Shown: in pieces, positions 1 to 13,107 of the stretch
Layout: each line of letters starts with the position of its first letter
Numbering within the stretch: the first letter of the stretch is position 1
Assembly (NCBI GenBank): GCA_951406725.2
Contig: OX597840.1
Location: forward strand, 38,006,001-38,070,000
Length of the DNA: 64,000 nt
Source: Octopus vulgaris
Taxonomy: Eukaryota
Direction: 5' to 3'
Made by a program: the position numbers and the translations under genes
Notes under the pieces: model-generated
Told to the model about the DNA's origin: nothing
Database searches by the model: none
Seen by the model: the letters and a program-made list of their open reading frames with translations, nothing else

Positions 1-81
1 CAAAGAGGAGTGGTCAGCGTGCTGTGACCAGTGGTGTCAATTGGACGCCTGACGGATTGGTCGGTCAAGGTGATCAAGGTG

Positions 82-82
<1 letters not shown>
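1..82 (+). mobile_element. Probable 3' end of an RTE-like LINE, cut by the window edge
   Basis: Reads REEWSACCDQWCQLDA*, then a short tandem tail (TCAAGGTGA)2 and (TA)n. This resembles RTE-type ORF ends and tails, but very little sequence is available. Confidence 0.35.
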
Positions 83-164
<82 letters not shown>

Positions 165-214
165 CAAACATACATATACACACACATATAAATATTATAT
201 TTATGTATATATTT

Positions 215-597
215 TTTTACTTGTTTCAGTCATCTGACTGCGGCCATGCTGGAGCACCGCCCTTAGGCGAGGAAATCGATCCCCAGGACATATTCTTTGT
301 AAGTCTAGTACTTATTGTATCGGTATCTTTTGCCGAATCGCTAAGTTACGGGGACGTAAACACACCAGCATCGGTTGTCAAGCGATGTTGGGGGGACAAA
401 AACAGACACACAAACACACATATATATATATATACGACGGGCTTCTTTCAGTATCTGTCTACCAAACCCACTCACAAGGCTTTGGTCGGCCCGAGGCTAT
501 AGTAGAAGACACTTGCCCAAGGTTCCACGCAGTGGGACTGAACCTGGAACCATGTGGTTGGCAAGCAAGCTACTTACCACACAGCCACTCCTGCGTC
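215..597 (-). mobile_element. tRNA-derived SINE, family A
   Basis: Minus strand begins with A-box-like TGGCTGTGTGG and B-box-like GGTTCAGTCCC and has an internal (CA)/(TA) tract. Highly similar copies at 13846, 16092 and 44740. Confidence 0.9.
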
Positions 598-828
598 TAT
601 ATATATACATTGTAAATTTTCATTTGACTTACTCATGTTTTTACATTTTGGCGTTTGCTATGTTTCTTTCTTGAGAACACGGTCTTTGTGGTAAGGCGAT
701 TTGATGTCTATCTCTAGCATAAATGAATCCACTTTAGTGGTCATTCATCTTATTAATTGTAATATAATGTTTAAATCTTCGGAGTTTTTTGAATATGCTA
801 GATCACTGGTCTTAATTGATGTTGATTG

Positions 829-876
829 ATATCAATTTCTAATTTATATATATATATATAAATTAGAAATTGATAT
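829..876. repeat. Perfect 48-bp palindrome centred on (TA)8
   Basis: ATATCAATTTCTAATT-(TA)8-AATTAGAAATTGATAT is its own reverse complement. Confidence 0.9.
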
Positions 877-1577
877 ATATATATATATTATTCAATGAAA
901 TTCCAACTCTGCTTTTTTATGTTTTATTTATATTCTTTATAATATTAATGTAGAGTATAGAATATATAGTATAAATAGTAAAATGAAATGAAGTATTGAT
1001 TGTCTTATTGAATAGATGAAATGTTGAATATAAAATATTAGGGGACTAGTATACTGCAATGCGTTATCGCAATCTTTAAGATCCCAGGTTTTGACAGGAT
1101 AATATTATCATATTATTATATGATCAAACGCCACGCTCCATTTTCAAGTAAGTTTATATATATACATAGATATACATATATAATGTATGCATGGGTGGCT
1201 GAGGGGGAGAGTGAGAGAGAATGAGAGAATAGGTACCTGTTTATGCTATTACTTATAGCTTTACACACTTGGAATTCCACTGTTAAAACACACACACATA
1301 CATACACACATTTGTACAAACGCATAAACACAGGTATATATGCGTATGTGTAAGTGTTGAATTGTACACAAAAAGGTTTTCACACAGATATGTAAGTGTT
1401 TCTTTTTCAGTGTCTGTGTGTACAGAAGTATTGACGTATCGTTGTATGTAAGTAACACTGGAATGTCTCAGTCGCTAGATGTCGTCCCTGTCTTCAATTT
1501 GAACTTACATTTTTTTTCTTATTCCAAATTAAAACACCAACAACAATACACATAAATTTAATGACTGAGTCTTCTAA

Positions 1578-1985
1578 TGTGTTGTTGTTGCTGCTGGTAT
1601 CCTTTTGTCTCGGGAGACAATGGAGTTGCGCATAAACTAATCCAGTCTGGTTTTTTTTACATTTCATGTCCTCTCCAGTTTCCTCTCCAGTTTTGCGCAG
1701 GCCTGGACTAGATGTAAGAAAATCCTGGGTAGCCCAATCGTCAGGATTCCTCTCTCGACCTTGCTGACGTAGTCCAAAGGAGTGCAGAGCATTAGGTTTG
1801 GCACCAGCTTGGTTGCAGGAGCTGCCGGAAGAGTGCTGAGTCGAACACTAAATCGCCTATGGGGCTCCACTCTGGGTTTCTTTGAAGGTTATCTCCTTTC
1901 CGTAACCCTGGATAGGGGCTCATACCGGGTACTGTAAGCCGGAGCCAGCTGAGCCCGGGACTAGTGTCAGGCAGCGTCGTCACTT
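1578..1985 (-). mobile_element. GC-richer retroposon, probably an RTE-tailed SINE
   Basis: GC-rich island ending on the minus strand in GCGCAACTCCATTGTCTCCCGAGACAAAAGGA plus a (CAG/CAA)n tail. Resembles RTE-dependent SINE 3' ends from memory; not database-checked. Confidence 0.5.
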
Positions 1986-2181
1986 CTTGAAGTAGTGAAG
2001 AAAATCGCTACCCGCTACAAATGTGTATAACTACGCAATCCGCAAACAGGGTACTTCAGCACACGAGAAATTTCTTGTGGTTTCCTAGAAGAATTCCGAA
2101 ATATGTAGAAAATTAATGTGTTGATGCAGATAGCAATCCTGTAATAATATTTATTAGTGACAGCCTGTAAAAAAATACAAA

Positions 2182-2386
<205 letters not shown>

Positions 2387-5300
2387 TATAACAATGATGA
2401 CGACATATTTAATTGTTCCTGGTATTTTAAAGTAAGTGCTCCCTTTACAAATGGTTTAAGGGGGGGGGGAAATTTAAGTGTCCTTTATGCTGATGTGCTG
2501 AATCATTCTCTCATACTTGAATTAATTTGTATGTAGAAGGGTATAATTTAGTTATGTGGGGGTCTGTCCCTTAGGCTGTCATTTCCAAGTTAATATATGA
2601 TACGTGTGAGAATTACATAAAGACTTGTGATGCACGTAGATTGATTGTTCTGGCATTCATCTAAATGCAGTCAGCGTATGAATATGTCGTTTTCGTTGTC
2701 AGCTGATACTTGCAGGTTAACGTTGTTACGATCAGTATCTTCATTGCAAATGCAATATATTTATATCTATGTTTCGGCTATCTGTAATTGAATACGCCTG
2801 TGCAAGAATGGCCTTTGATTCAGACACTGATGTTTGATTCGAAGTGAAGATTTTATATAAGTTACATCTCACATAATGAATCTGGTGTAACCAAGGACAG
2901 ACTCAGTCATATTTCCATATTACAGATGGCGCAATTAGACAGAGGAAGTGATATTGAACCAGTGCGTGTGTTATTATTACTGGTGTAACAGCCTTCTCAA
3001 AACACTATAATACTTTAATGAACATTCCAATAAATCTTCAATTATTCTCAGAGGCACAGCGTTGAGTAGTGGCCTATATTCTTAACCAATTAACGGTGCG
3101 TTACCTATTACATTATAACGATTTATATCTCTGCAGGTACAACTATTTTAATGAAAATCTCGGTGATTTTTCACTCTTCAAATAAGTACTCAACAGGAAA
3201 AAAGAAAAAAAGATATACAAATACACAAGAACTACTCTACGAAATGCTGCCTAGAGAGAGTTCTGCTTTGGAATTAAATTGAAATTTGTAGGATTAAATA
3301 TTTCTTAATTAAATGGAATTAATTTTCAAGGCTTGAAATAAATATAGCTAAATGGAAGTATCATTAAAGAAGACATTTATATTTTCAAACGGATACAGGC
3401 TCATACGAGTTACTCTGAGAAAGATTGCCGAGAGAAAGAGAGTTTTGCGAAAATGTGATTGTATGTGTGCATGCGAGTGTGAATACGAGGGTGCGTGTGT
3501 TTGTATGTGTGTGTGGGGGGTGCGGGGAGAGATATAGGCACAGTGGGGAGAGAGTTGATATACATAATCGTTGTTACATTTCCATTCAGACGTCATGTCT
3601 TCATATACACTTGATATATTGTCGTAGCGGAACTTGGAATGCGTCGTTTCGACCTTTTGGCGTTTTTTCAGGCAAAGTTACCTCGAGTACAAAAATGTAA
3701 AAATTCTGGTGCATCTTATTTACAGAAATTAGTAACTAAAATTTTGATGGGTTTGTTCTGATGTCACGCTAACCGATATTCATGGGCGAATATTAACACG
3801 AACATTAACACACTAAGCAATTTGTATTTCACATTAGGATAACATCGTCTCCCTTTCGATGATCTGTCATCGATACTTTCACATAAGAGGGGCTTCAGTG
3901 AGGGCGGTGTCTTCACTGTGTTCATGTATCTTCCTTCGAATCCACTGAGAGATCTAAAGAAGAGTAACGACTCTTATTGACAGAAATTAACGAGTTCTCA
4001 ACGTCAATGAATCAGATGTGTTGTGAATATATATTGTGAAAAGTCAGAGGATGTTTTCAGAAGAGAAATACAATTGACATTTGTATATTCCCGTTCGAAT
4101 CTGGTGGAATTTATCAATAGTAAATGGGCTTTTCAATATTTTTGTATTACTAAAAATCATGACAGGTAAATCAGGGTCTTTTAATTCCATAACATATATT
4201 CTTACTAGGGAAAGTCTTCCACTGTCTCCATGGAATATGGACGAATAGTACAGAATATTAAGGTCATGTTTCTGCAGGTAAAGAGTTCTCTCCACTGTAT
4301 TTTTTAAGCATTTCTTTTGAAGATGCTTCTTTGGATGACAAAGTTATTGGATACTCCCTTTGTTATGAACGTGTTTTTTAAAAAAGGTATTAATATATCT
4401 GGGAAGGATTCTTTTTTTCTTTTGTTTTTTGATAAAGTTATTACTTTAAAAAGAAATGTTTCCGATTGAAAATGAGAAGTAGACGATACTTGTGATAAAG
4501 CAATGAGAATTCCTTTTCTACTGTAAAATCTTTTAACATCAGTGTTTAAAAGGATTCGATTACATACAAAATCGAAAGAGATTTTATTTTAGTAACTAAA
4601 TCCTCCATTAGTACAATTAATACTTTGTTCTTCGACGTTTACTTGAAATATTCGTTCAACAAGGGGGACATCGGAGGGGTTTTATGCTGAAGTTCTTCGT
4701 CACCAAAAACGGATATGGTTTCTACTTACACCAAGTTCACAACTCTTGACCAAGATTCCCAAATACGCTTTAATTGGTTCCAGTGCTGTTACAATAACAG
4801 GAACTGCATTAAATGCATTCTTCGAAAAACCAAGTCGTTTCTTTAAAACTTTCATAACATTTGGAAAACAGCTTTTAAGGAAAAAAGAACTATCTTAAAA
4901 ATACAAAGTGTTCCTTCTTCGCTGAGTATTATCAATCAAATTCAATTCGTCTCCATGCTCCTCTTAAAAGTTTTTCTAAAGTATTTCACAAACAAATGAT
5001 AGGAAAATTGCTCTAAGGGCTTTAAAGGAATTGCTAATGCTTCAGTCTTTCTTCAATGTAAAAATATTTTGCGATAAGCACTTTTTCACCAAGTTACCGT
5101 TTGTCAGATAAAATTCATTCGTTTCTTTCCAATGGTATTTGAATTGTAACAAAACACTTTGTTATCGTTGTGTTTTATGGGTTTTTGTAGCTACATTCAG
5201 CTTCTACAACTGCTGTTTAGCTTTATAGAAATTTCAATAATGTTTACGTTTTGTTTTAAGACACATCCCGATTGAGTGGAGCATTTTCGATTCCTGCCTC

Positions 5301-5400
5301 TCATTGCACTAAACCAAAGCAGCTCAGAAAGTACGGAAAATGCGTTAGTCCTGAAACAACCACCAATAAATAGATTCTGCGCTACAAAAAGCGGAATTTC

Positions 5401-5481
5401 AACCTCACAGCTTCTTAATTAACCTAACAAGTTGTTAATTAATCTCATAGGCTGTTAATTAACCTCACGGACCTGTTAATT
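5401..5481. repeat. Four degenerate 20-bp tandem repeats with TTAATTAA junctions
   Basis: aacctcacagcttcttaatt / aacctaacaagttgttaatt / aatctcataggctgttaatt / aacctcacggacctgttaatt. Confidence 0.8.
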
Positions 5482-6809
5482 TCAATAAAGATTGATTGAA
5501 CATGCTCATTAACAAGCATGCACGCCAGTCCACATGCGAATTGGTGCAGCATATGAGAAGGTTTCATTATAACGTCACCCGTCGCTTTCGCTTGATGCAT
5601 GAGGCGTCAGAATGTGATATGGTTACACAGTGTGCTTCTTCCAAATACTCGACCTCAACGTAGTTAATTGGACCAGAAATGCTATTCCAGATCTTGGTTG
5701 GTTAAACAAACCTAACCTAACATATTTTCTTGATGCAGAGCCTTTAGAGAATCACTATTTCCTGTCACGCTCAAACCGTCTATGAGTTTTATTTTTGTTT
5801 GTGGGGCTGAAAACTTGACTCGATGAATTCTCCGAATCATAAACCAGTGAGGTCTGATGTGAAGACATGGACAAGCTGCTGGAATCTTAGCAAGAATCAA
5901 TGAACAATGAAAGAGAGCGTATTATTGATTGATTTGTTCAATTTAATGATAAATAAAGATCGTTGTAATTGGAAAAAATCGAATGCATTTACCTGATAAT
6001 CCAATACAGTTTGTCTCCCAATTGCATTATTATTACTATCAAAGTTAGTAACTTCACAAACTATTTTACCGCGTGAAGAACTTTAGAAACACCTCTTTGT
6101 TGCCATGTCTATTAGTTGTATTAATTTCGTCATAAATTGTGGTTATTCCGAAGGTTTTAGAAGTTAACACATGATTGTAGACTTTCATTCAAATTTTCCA
6201 TTATACAACAAAAAAAATCTTTTTCAGAAATGTTGTTTATTTTTTTCAGAATTACTTTTTCTATTAGTTATTTCACTTATTAGATTATTTTTTTCACATC
6301 CCATTGACGTTAAATTACCTTACTTAAATAGGAACCATTCGTTAGTGAGAACGAAGCCAGTAGACGCAATAGTTGTACTAGTAAATTTAGTTTTATCTGT
6401 GGCATTCATGAAAATTCTATCAATAGAATGTAAATTGGATATGATTCTATCTATAGTTACGGAATGTTTCTCTAAGAAGAAGTTAACTCTTCTTGGTGAA
6501 GTCTTTTCCAAAGAGGCGCGTCCATTTGAATTTTAATAGTTTCTTTGAAATTGTCTTCGACCAGGATGTTTCAATGACAGGAATGACCAATTTCACATAA
6601 TCGATTTATTCTAAGATGATATTGCAATTTAGAATGGTGGGATAAAATGTCCATAGGATCTCTTTAAAGGAGTGATGTTAGAGCTGTGGAATCTTGCATA
6701 CAGTAATTTCTAAATCTTTTTATTAATAATTGTATTGTTTCGTTCCAGAAAAACTGACACCTTAACTTTCAAAGAAAATTTCAAATATAACTGATAGCAT
6801 CTTCTGAAA

Positions 6810-7235
6810 CTGGACACATTTTGGCATCGTGGTGTTATCAAATATCTGCAGAAAAAGGGTTTTGGCTCCCAATGACATTTATGATGACGTGACTGCTACA
6901 TTAGAGGATGATGCTCTGAATTCGGGAGAGAAATGGAATGTTTGATAATTGATCCAATGTTTGGAAGTTTTACAACTGGCACCAACGAGGAAAACAGTGA
7001 TCGCGTTCACCACATACTGATGGATGACAGGCGATTGATTAGAAACCAAATAGCGAATCGTATGAGCAAATCCTGTGTGAGTTGAGAATTACTGTGCACG
7101 ATTAATTTGTCATGACGAGGGCTTCTGCTCAGTGGATGCCTCGTCTTGTGACACATAGACAAAGCGCACCAATTTCGTCACGTATCGGGAAAATCTGACA
7201 GAAGGGGAGGCAGATCAAGTTGGTTTCTTAGGGTG
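6810..7235 (+). pseudogene. Decayed mariner transposase, N-terminal half
   Basis: Frameshifted translation gives WHRGVIKYLQKKG, ENSDRVHHILMDDRRL and SAQWMPRLVT, the last matching the mariner WVPxxL motif. Confidence 0.8.
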
Positions 7236-7327
7236 ATGCGTTTATTACGTTGAGCCACGGGCATCAAGTGTCACTTTGACACTATATGCAGAGATACATA
7301 CATACTTACATATGCATACATACACAA

Positions 7328-7392
<65 letters not shown>

Positions 7393-7402
7393 CGCACATA
7401 TA

Positions 7403-7631
7403 GGCGGCGAGATGGCAGAAACGTTAGCGCGCCGGGCGAAATGCGCAGCCGTATTTCATCTGTCGTTACATTCCGAGTTCAAATTCCGCCGAGGTCGACT
7501 TTGCCTTTCATCCTTTCGGGGTCGATAAATTAAGTACCAGTTACGCACTGGGGTCGATGTAATCGACTTAATCCGTTTGTCTGTCCTTGTTTGTCCCCTC
7601 TGTGTTTAGCTCCTTGTGGGTAGTAAAGAAA
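7403..7631 (+). mobile_element. tRNA-derived SINE, family B
   Basis: Head GGCGGCGAGATGGCAGAAACGTTAG (A box) to GAGTTCAAATTCC (B box); core GTCGACTTTGCCTTTCATCCTTTCGGGGTCGATAAATTAAGTACCAG. Near-identical copies at 18920 and 58385. Confidence 0.9.
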
Positions 7632-7685
7632 TATATATATATATATATATACGCACACACACACACATACATATATATTTATATC

Positions 7686-8181
7686 AATAATAATAAAGGT
7701 TAAAAATAATTAATATATTAATAATATATAATTTTACCAAGTAGTTCGGTATGTTAAAAGCACCATTATCGGTAACCTTAAACAAAAATTCTATAATCAT
7801 AAGCATAATTATATATATATATATATATAAAAAAATATTAGGGAATAAATCCAAACTTACAGGGAAAAATCAGATTTAGGATTGAATCCAATTTTATAGT
7901 AAAATATTATATTATATTAAATTAGAGATAAAACCACAATTAGGCAAATCAAACAATGAAAAACTTAAGGCAATACATAAAATTAATTAATTAATATTAT
8001 TTTAAATATATATCAAAGTATTAAAAGTTTAATAAAAGATAATCAGTATCATTAACTTTTATTAAACTTTTAATACTTTGATATATATTTAAAATAATAT
8101 AAATTAATTAATTTTATGTATTGGCTTAAGTTTTTCATTGTTTGATTTCCCTAATAGTGGTTTTATCTCTAATTTAATATA

Positions 8182-8224
<43 letters not shown>

Positions 8225-8280
8225 CATAATTATTCATATTGTTTATTACATAATAGTGGTTTTTCTCTAATTTATATAAA
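7686..8280. mobile_element. AT-rich (TA)n-embedded repeat with a ~285-bp fold-back (arms ~7905-8038 / 8055-8190)
   Basis: Arms are near-perfect reverse complements (AATTAGAGATAAAACCAC...GTGGTTTTATCTCTAATT). Related sequence at 8735-8822, 25720-25890 and 26155-26422. Confidence 0.75.
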
Positions 8281-8291
8281 TTATTTTATAT

Positions 8292-8326
<35 letters not shown>

Positions 8327-8348
8327 TTGTATATATAGATATGTGAGA

Positions 8349-8668
8349 AGGCGCATGGTTCAGTGGTTAGAGTGTTGAGCTTAATATCGTGAGGCTATGA
8401 GTTAGATTCCCGGACCGAGCTGCGTGTTGTTTTCTTGAGCAAGGCATTTTATTTCATGTTGTTCCTGTTAACTCAGCTGTAGAAATGAATTGCGACATTA
8501 CTGGTGCCCCTTTTGCCTTCCCCTTGGATAATATCAGTGATGTGTAGAGGGGAAGGTGGTATGCATGGGCGACTGCTGGCCTTCCATAAACAACCTTGCC
8601 CGGACTTGTGTCTACGAGGGTAACTTTCTAGGTGCAATCCCATGGTCATTCATGACCGAAGGGGACCT
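8349..8668 (+). mobile_element. tRNA-derived SINE, family C
   Basis: A-box TGGTTCAGTGG, B-box-like GAGTTAGATTCC, then TTCTTGAGCAAGGCATTT and ACTCAGCTGTAGAAATGA. Related minus-strand copy at ~50555-50700. Confidence 0.75.
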
Positions 8669-8677
8669 CCTCCGCCT

Positions 8678-8743
<66 letters not shown>

Positions 8744-8857
8744 TTAGAGACAAAACCACTATTTTGCAAAACAAACAAGGAAAGACTTAATCAATACATA
8801 AAATTTTAATAAAAAGTAAAAAAACCGCCAATCTTTACACATATATTTATGTATATA

Positions 8858-8905
<48 letters not shown>

Positions 8906-9027
8906 CACACACATTGTGTGGTATTATCATAAACAGATTTATTGTGTAAAGCAGGAATAATGCGAGATGGTACGATTTAAACTACAAAAGGAAAAGAAAA
9001 CTAATCAATATTGCAGCTTTAACTTGT

Positions 9028-9067
9028 ATTTCTATATTTCGGGGCTATAACCACTTCTTCAGGATAT
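9028..9067 (-). ncRNA. Degenerate minimal hammerhead ribozyme (Penelope pLTR-like)
   Basis: Minus strand: atatc-CTGAAGA-agtgg ttatag cccc-GAAA-tata. Core boxes intact, stems I and II imperfect. Confidence 0.5.
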
Positions 9068-9800
9068 TAGAAGTTCTGGTAAAATCATTGTTCAGAGGTG
9101 TGGTGTAGGATGGAAGAACGGAAGGAAGACGGTGACGCGCGCAGACTGGTGCTGCTATAGTATCAAATATACTTTAGGTAGACAAAAGACAGTGAATGGC
9201 GTGGCTACGAATTCGAACTTGCCAATAGCATATTGGAATTGGTAATAACCTTGCATTTATACACATCGCTGCTTAAGACTCCCGACCCGTTATTCATTTA
9301 CGGTCAGATGCTGATTAGCGTTACCAGCCGAGTGGAATAACATCAGAGAGGTTGTAAGTCTTATCAGCTCAGAGCGCCACCTTTTGGTTTCTGTGACTGA
9401 ACAAGAGATAACCTCCCCGAAATGCTTACATCTCATAGACTGGATAGGTGGCGCTGCGGGCCGATTTAGATTAATTTACGCTATTTGTCTACAACGCGAA
9501 ATTTTCGCCATCACAAAACACAGCAAATGGTAATAAAATTGCGTACATACAATCATACATACATACACACATATATGTGTATATACTTACATATATAAAC
9601 ATACACACATATATGTACACATATATATGTGTGTGTATATATGTGTATACATATTAGTAATATTGAAGTAAAGAAGTTCGGGAAAATGGATGTATGAATA
9701 ATTTATTTGTATGATATAAGCATGTTGAAACTTGTGGATTATCTAATCTCTAATGCCGATCCAACTTACTAGAATTGACTATATGTGTCTATGTATGTAC

Positions 9801-10015
<215 letters not shown>

Positions 10016-10636
10016 TGTATATATATCTCTCTCTGTATGTATATATATATATATATATGAAGAATAAAAATTTTAACGGTACAACAATGCACTATAATAC
10101 AGACAATGTGCTATATACCAGTTATAATTTAGTCATCCATAGTCTGGGGTATGGTAATCAATACATTATTTAGATACAGCTGGATGAGTGTAGCTTCATT
10201 TTTGATAATATGTTCATCTGTAGTTTACAGCAAAAAGAAAAAAGGAGGAAAAAAGGGAAGCTGCACGTATAATACATAACTTAGAAGCAGCGCTACGGAC
10301 GTACCAGCACACACAAGATTGAGACATGGCCGACCTCCTGTACTTCTCCTGAGGAATTCCGGAAGGAGCATCATGAGACCACTGCTGAGACTCTTCCACA
10401 AAATAAACAAGAAAAGCCCTTAGAAAATCGATTATAGCAGCGGCTCCATCTAAGAATATCTGAAGAAGGAATTTTATTCTTAAATATCATATCAGACTAT
10501 GGAAGGTTAAATTACATCAGGTATCAATAGCCCATTGTCTATATTATAGTGCATTGCTGTACCATTCAAAACTTTTATTCCTTACAAACAATACACAATG
10601 CTTCAAGCGAACTACAATACTCTCCTATATATATAT

Positions 10637-10704
<68 letters not shown>

Positions 10705-10820
10705 AAAGCAATTAAGATTCAAGTGAGTTCTGTTGAATTCACATGAATGCGGTACTTAACTTAGATGCACCAAAAATCTATATGGTGTTAACCATAAGAT
10801 AATGCGGGGTGATTATAAAT

Positions 10821-11037
10821 AAGAATAAAGCAACAAGAATGGATCAATATTTCGGTACAATTGTTTTGTACGAAGACAGCTTTATTAAGGCTACAAATAT
10901 TGCAGTAAATATAAGTGACCCGTACTCATCAGCCGAAAAAACATCTGAGTTCTCCAAACATCTATTGCAGCCTTAATAAAGCTGTCTTCGTACGAACCAA
11001 TTGTACCGAAATATTGATCCATTCTTGTTGCTTTTTT

Positions 11038-11040
<3 letters not shown>
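10821..11040. repeat. Inverted repeat (arms ~10821-10896 / 10965-11040) in a hammerhead-bearing element between (TA)n tracts
   Basis: AAGCAACAAGAATGGATCAATATTTCGGTACAATTG pairs with CAATTGTACCGAAATATTGATCCATTCTTGTTGCTT. Confidence 0.9.
10850..10938 (-). ncRNA. Type I hammerhead with long loop 2; one core substitution in this copy
   Basis: TTTCGG-CTGATGA-GTACG-(~50 nt)-CGTAC-aAAA-CAATTG-TA-CCGAAA: 6-bp stem I, 5-bp stem II, palindromic stem III. The GAAA box reads AAAA here. Confidence 0.7.
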
Positions 11041-11070
<30 letters not shown>

Positions 11071-11749
11071 GTGTGTGTGTGTACACATACAGACACACAC
11101 ATGTATGTCACCCATAATACCTAGAAGGTGTTTCCTTTCCACTCAACAATGTGAATGTAACTTTGACCAAGAAGAAATGATGTCGTCAGACAGCATCCAA
11201 CGATCATTGGGTGTTTCGTTCCAGAATCGTAATGCCCATCACTTTGTGGAATAACAGATTTGGCCAAAGAACTGATCATCATCTCCTCCTGACTCCCTAC
11301 TCTTAAATCCTCTCCCTTGCTGCATAACCAGTAAGGCCCCATTTCTGGTAACCAATCAGGCGCACAACTACCATGGGCTCCGATCTGTCCCTCTAATTTC
11401 AATGCTTTTAAACAGCCTCCGTAATCATGTACAAGTGTGACAGTACGTACATTCCAAGTCGTTGGTTTGCACATATGTAACTGAAATATTGCATGCAAGC
11501 GTCGCGCATTTTAATTAAAGACATACTTATGATATGTTACATTCTAAGATATTGTGTAGAAAGCTAGGGTGAGCAAGGGCAAGTACAGCTGGTAAAATGT
11601 GTAGAGAAATATCAACTGTATCAGTGAAGACCAGTAATTAAGAAATACAAGATACGAAATCAAAACACTTGATGAAAAGCATATATATATATATATATAT
11701 GAATTTATATATATGTGTGTGCATGTATGTATTTTTATATAATTATGCT

Positions 11750-11788
<39 letters not shown>

Positions 11789-12003
11789 AACAAAAAAGCT
11801 ACTCCAAAATCCGAGTCTTGTTCTACTTAAATTTCAATAAGTAGTGATACGCTGCTTTGCTTCTTCCTGATAATGTTAAAGACGCTATACTCCACCATAC
11901 ATACATTCATACATACATGCATACATACAGTCATACATATATACATACATACATAATACATACAATACATGCATGCGTGTGTGTGTACGCCTATATATGC
12001 ACA

Positions 12004-12069
<66 letters not shown>

Positions 12070-12185
12070 GAGGTAGAGAGAGTGTGATATACATTATTCA
12101 CACCGTACACAATAATGTATTTGCTGAGGCCCTATATAACTATACACATAAACGCACCTAACAGCACCGCATATACACATACACA

Positions 12186-12228
<43 letters not shown>

Positions 12229-12290
12229 CTTTAAACGTATCTTCGTGTGTAGCCTTTTGGAATACATTTGTTAAAGTACGCATCAGAATA

Positions 12291-12425
12291 AACTCGCCTA
12301 CACACTGACACACGCGTTTACACCAACACAAACACCCAAACAGAAACTCGCCTACACACTGACACACACGTTTACACCAACACAAACACCCAAACAGAAC
12401 CTCGCCTACACACTGACACACACGT
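12291..12425. repeat. 54-bp minisatellite, 2.5 copies
   Basis: Unit aactcgcctacacactgacacacgcgtttacaccaacacaaacacccaaacaga starts at 12291, 12345 and 12399. Confidence 0.9.
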
Positions 12426-13033
12426 ACACAATTAGCCTAATGTTATCATTCTTACCTCTAATTTTTCTGGGGCATTTTACACATGATCAGTGTTGTTAAA
12501 TTATTGAGAGAAACACTTTTCGGCAGACATATTGATTAGTCGCCATTCACAAGTGACTGGACAACTGTTGCTAGAAGATAGCAGCAGATCGGCGCCATTA
12601 TACGGTCAAGTTCTCTTATTGCGTTCCTGTCAGCGCTTTGTTTTATTTTTCTCTTTCCTCTTCCAACAATTTGTCAAGTGTTGTTATCTGTTTCTTTTCC
12701 CCCTCTCTCCCTCTTCATCACTCTCTATATATACATACTTATATATACATACATATACATATACAAACATATATAAATATACATACACGTACATATATAT
12801 ATATATATATATATACATATTGGTATGTATATATATATAAATATATGTATGTATGTATACATATATAAATATGTATATATATATATATGGATGTATATGT
12901 ATGTATAAGTATATATATGCATATGTGTATACATATATACACATATACATACATATATATATATATATATTGGTGCATATAAATATATGTATATATAAAT
13001 TTAGGTATGTATATGTATATGTATATTTATATA

Positions 13034-13107
<74 letters not shown>

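Noticed and set aside
5401-5481. CRISPR-like array
   Set aside because: Contiguous degenerate 20-mers without unique spacers, no cas genes, eukaryotic context.
7403-7500. tRNA gene
   Set aside because: A and B boxes are present, but the sequence continues into a multi-copy SINE body and forms no clean cloverleaf.
10215-10440. Coding-like segment (QKEKRRKKREAARIIHNLEAALR)
   Set aside because: Short, interrupted by stops, with no recognisable domain or clear splice pair.
11121-11498. 125-aa ORF with TWNVRT (RTE endonuclease start motif)
   Set aside because: Only the short motif matches and downstream APE motifs are absent. It may be an RTE-derived scrap but cannot be supported as a CDS.
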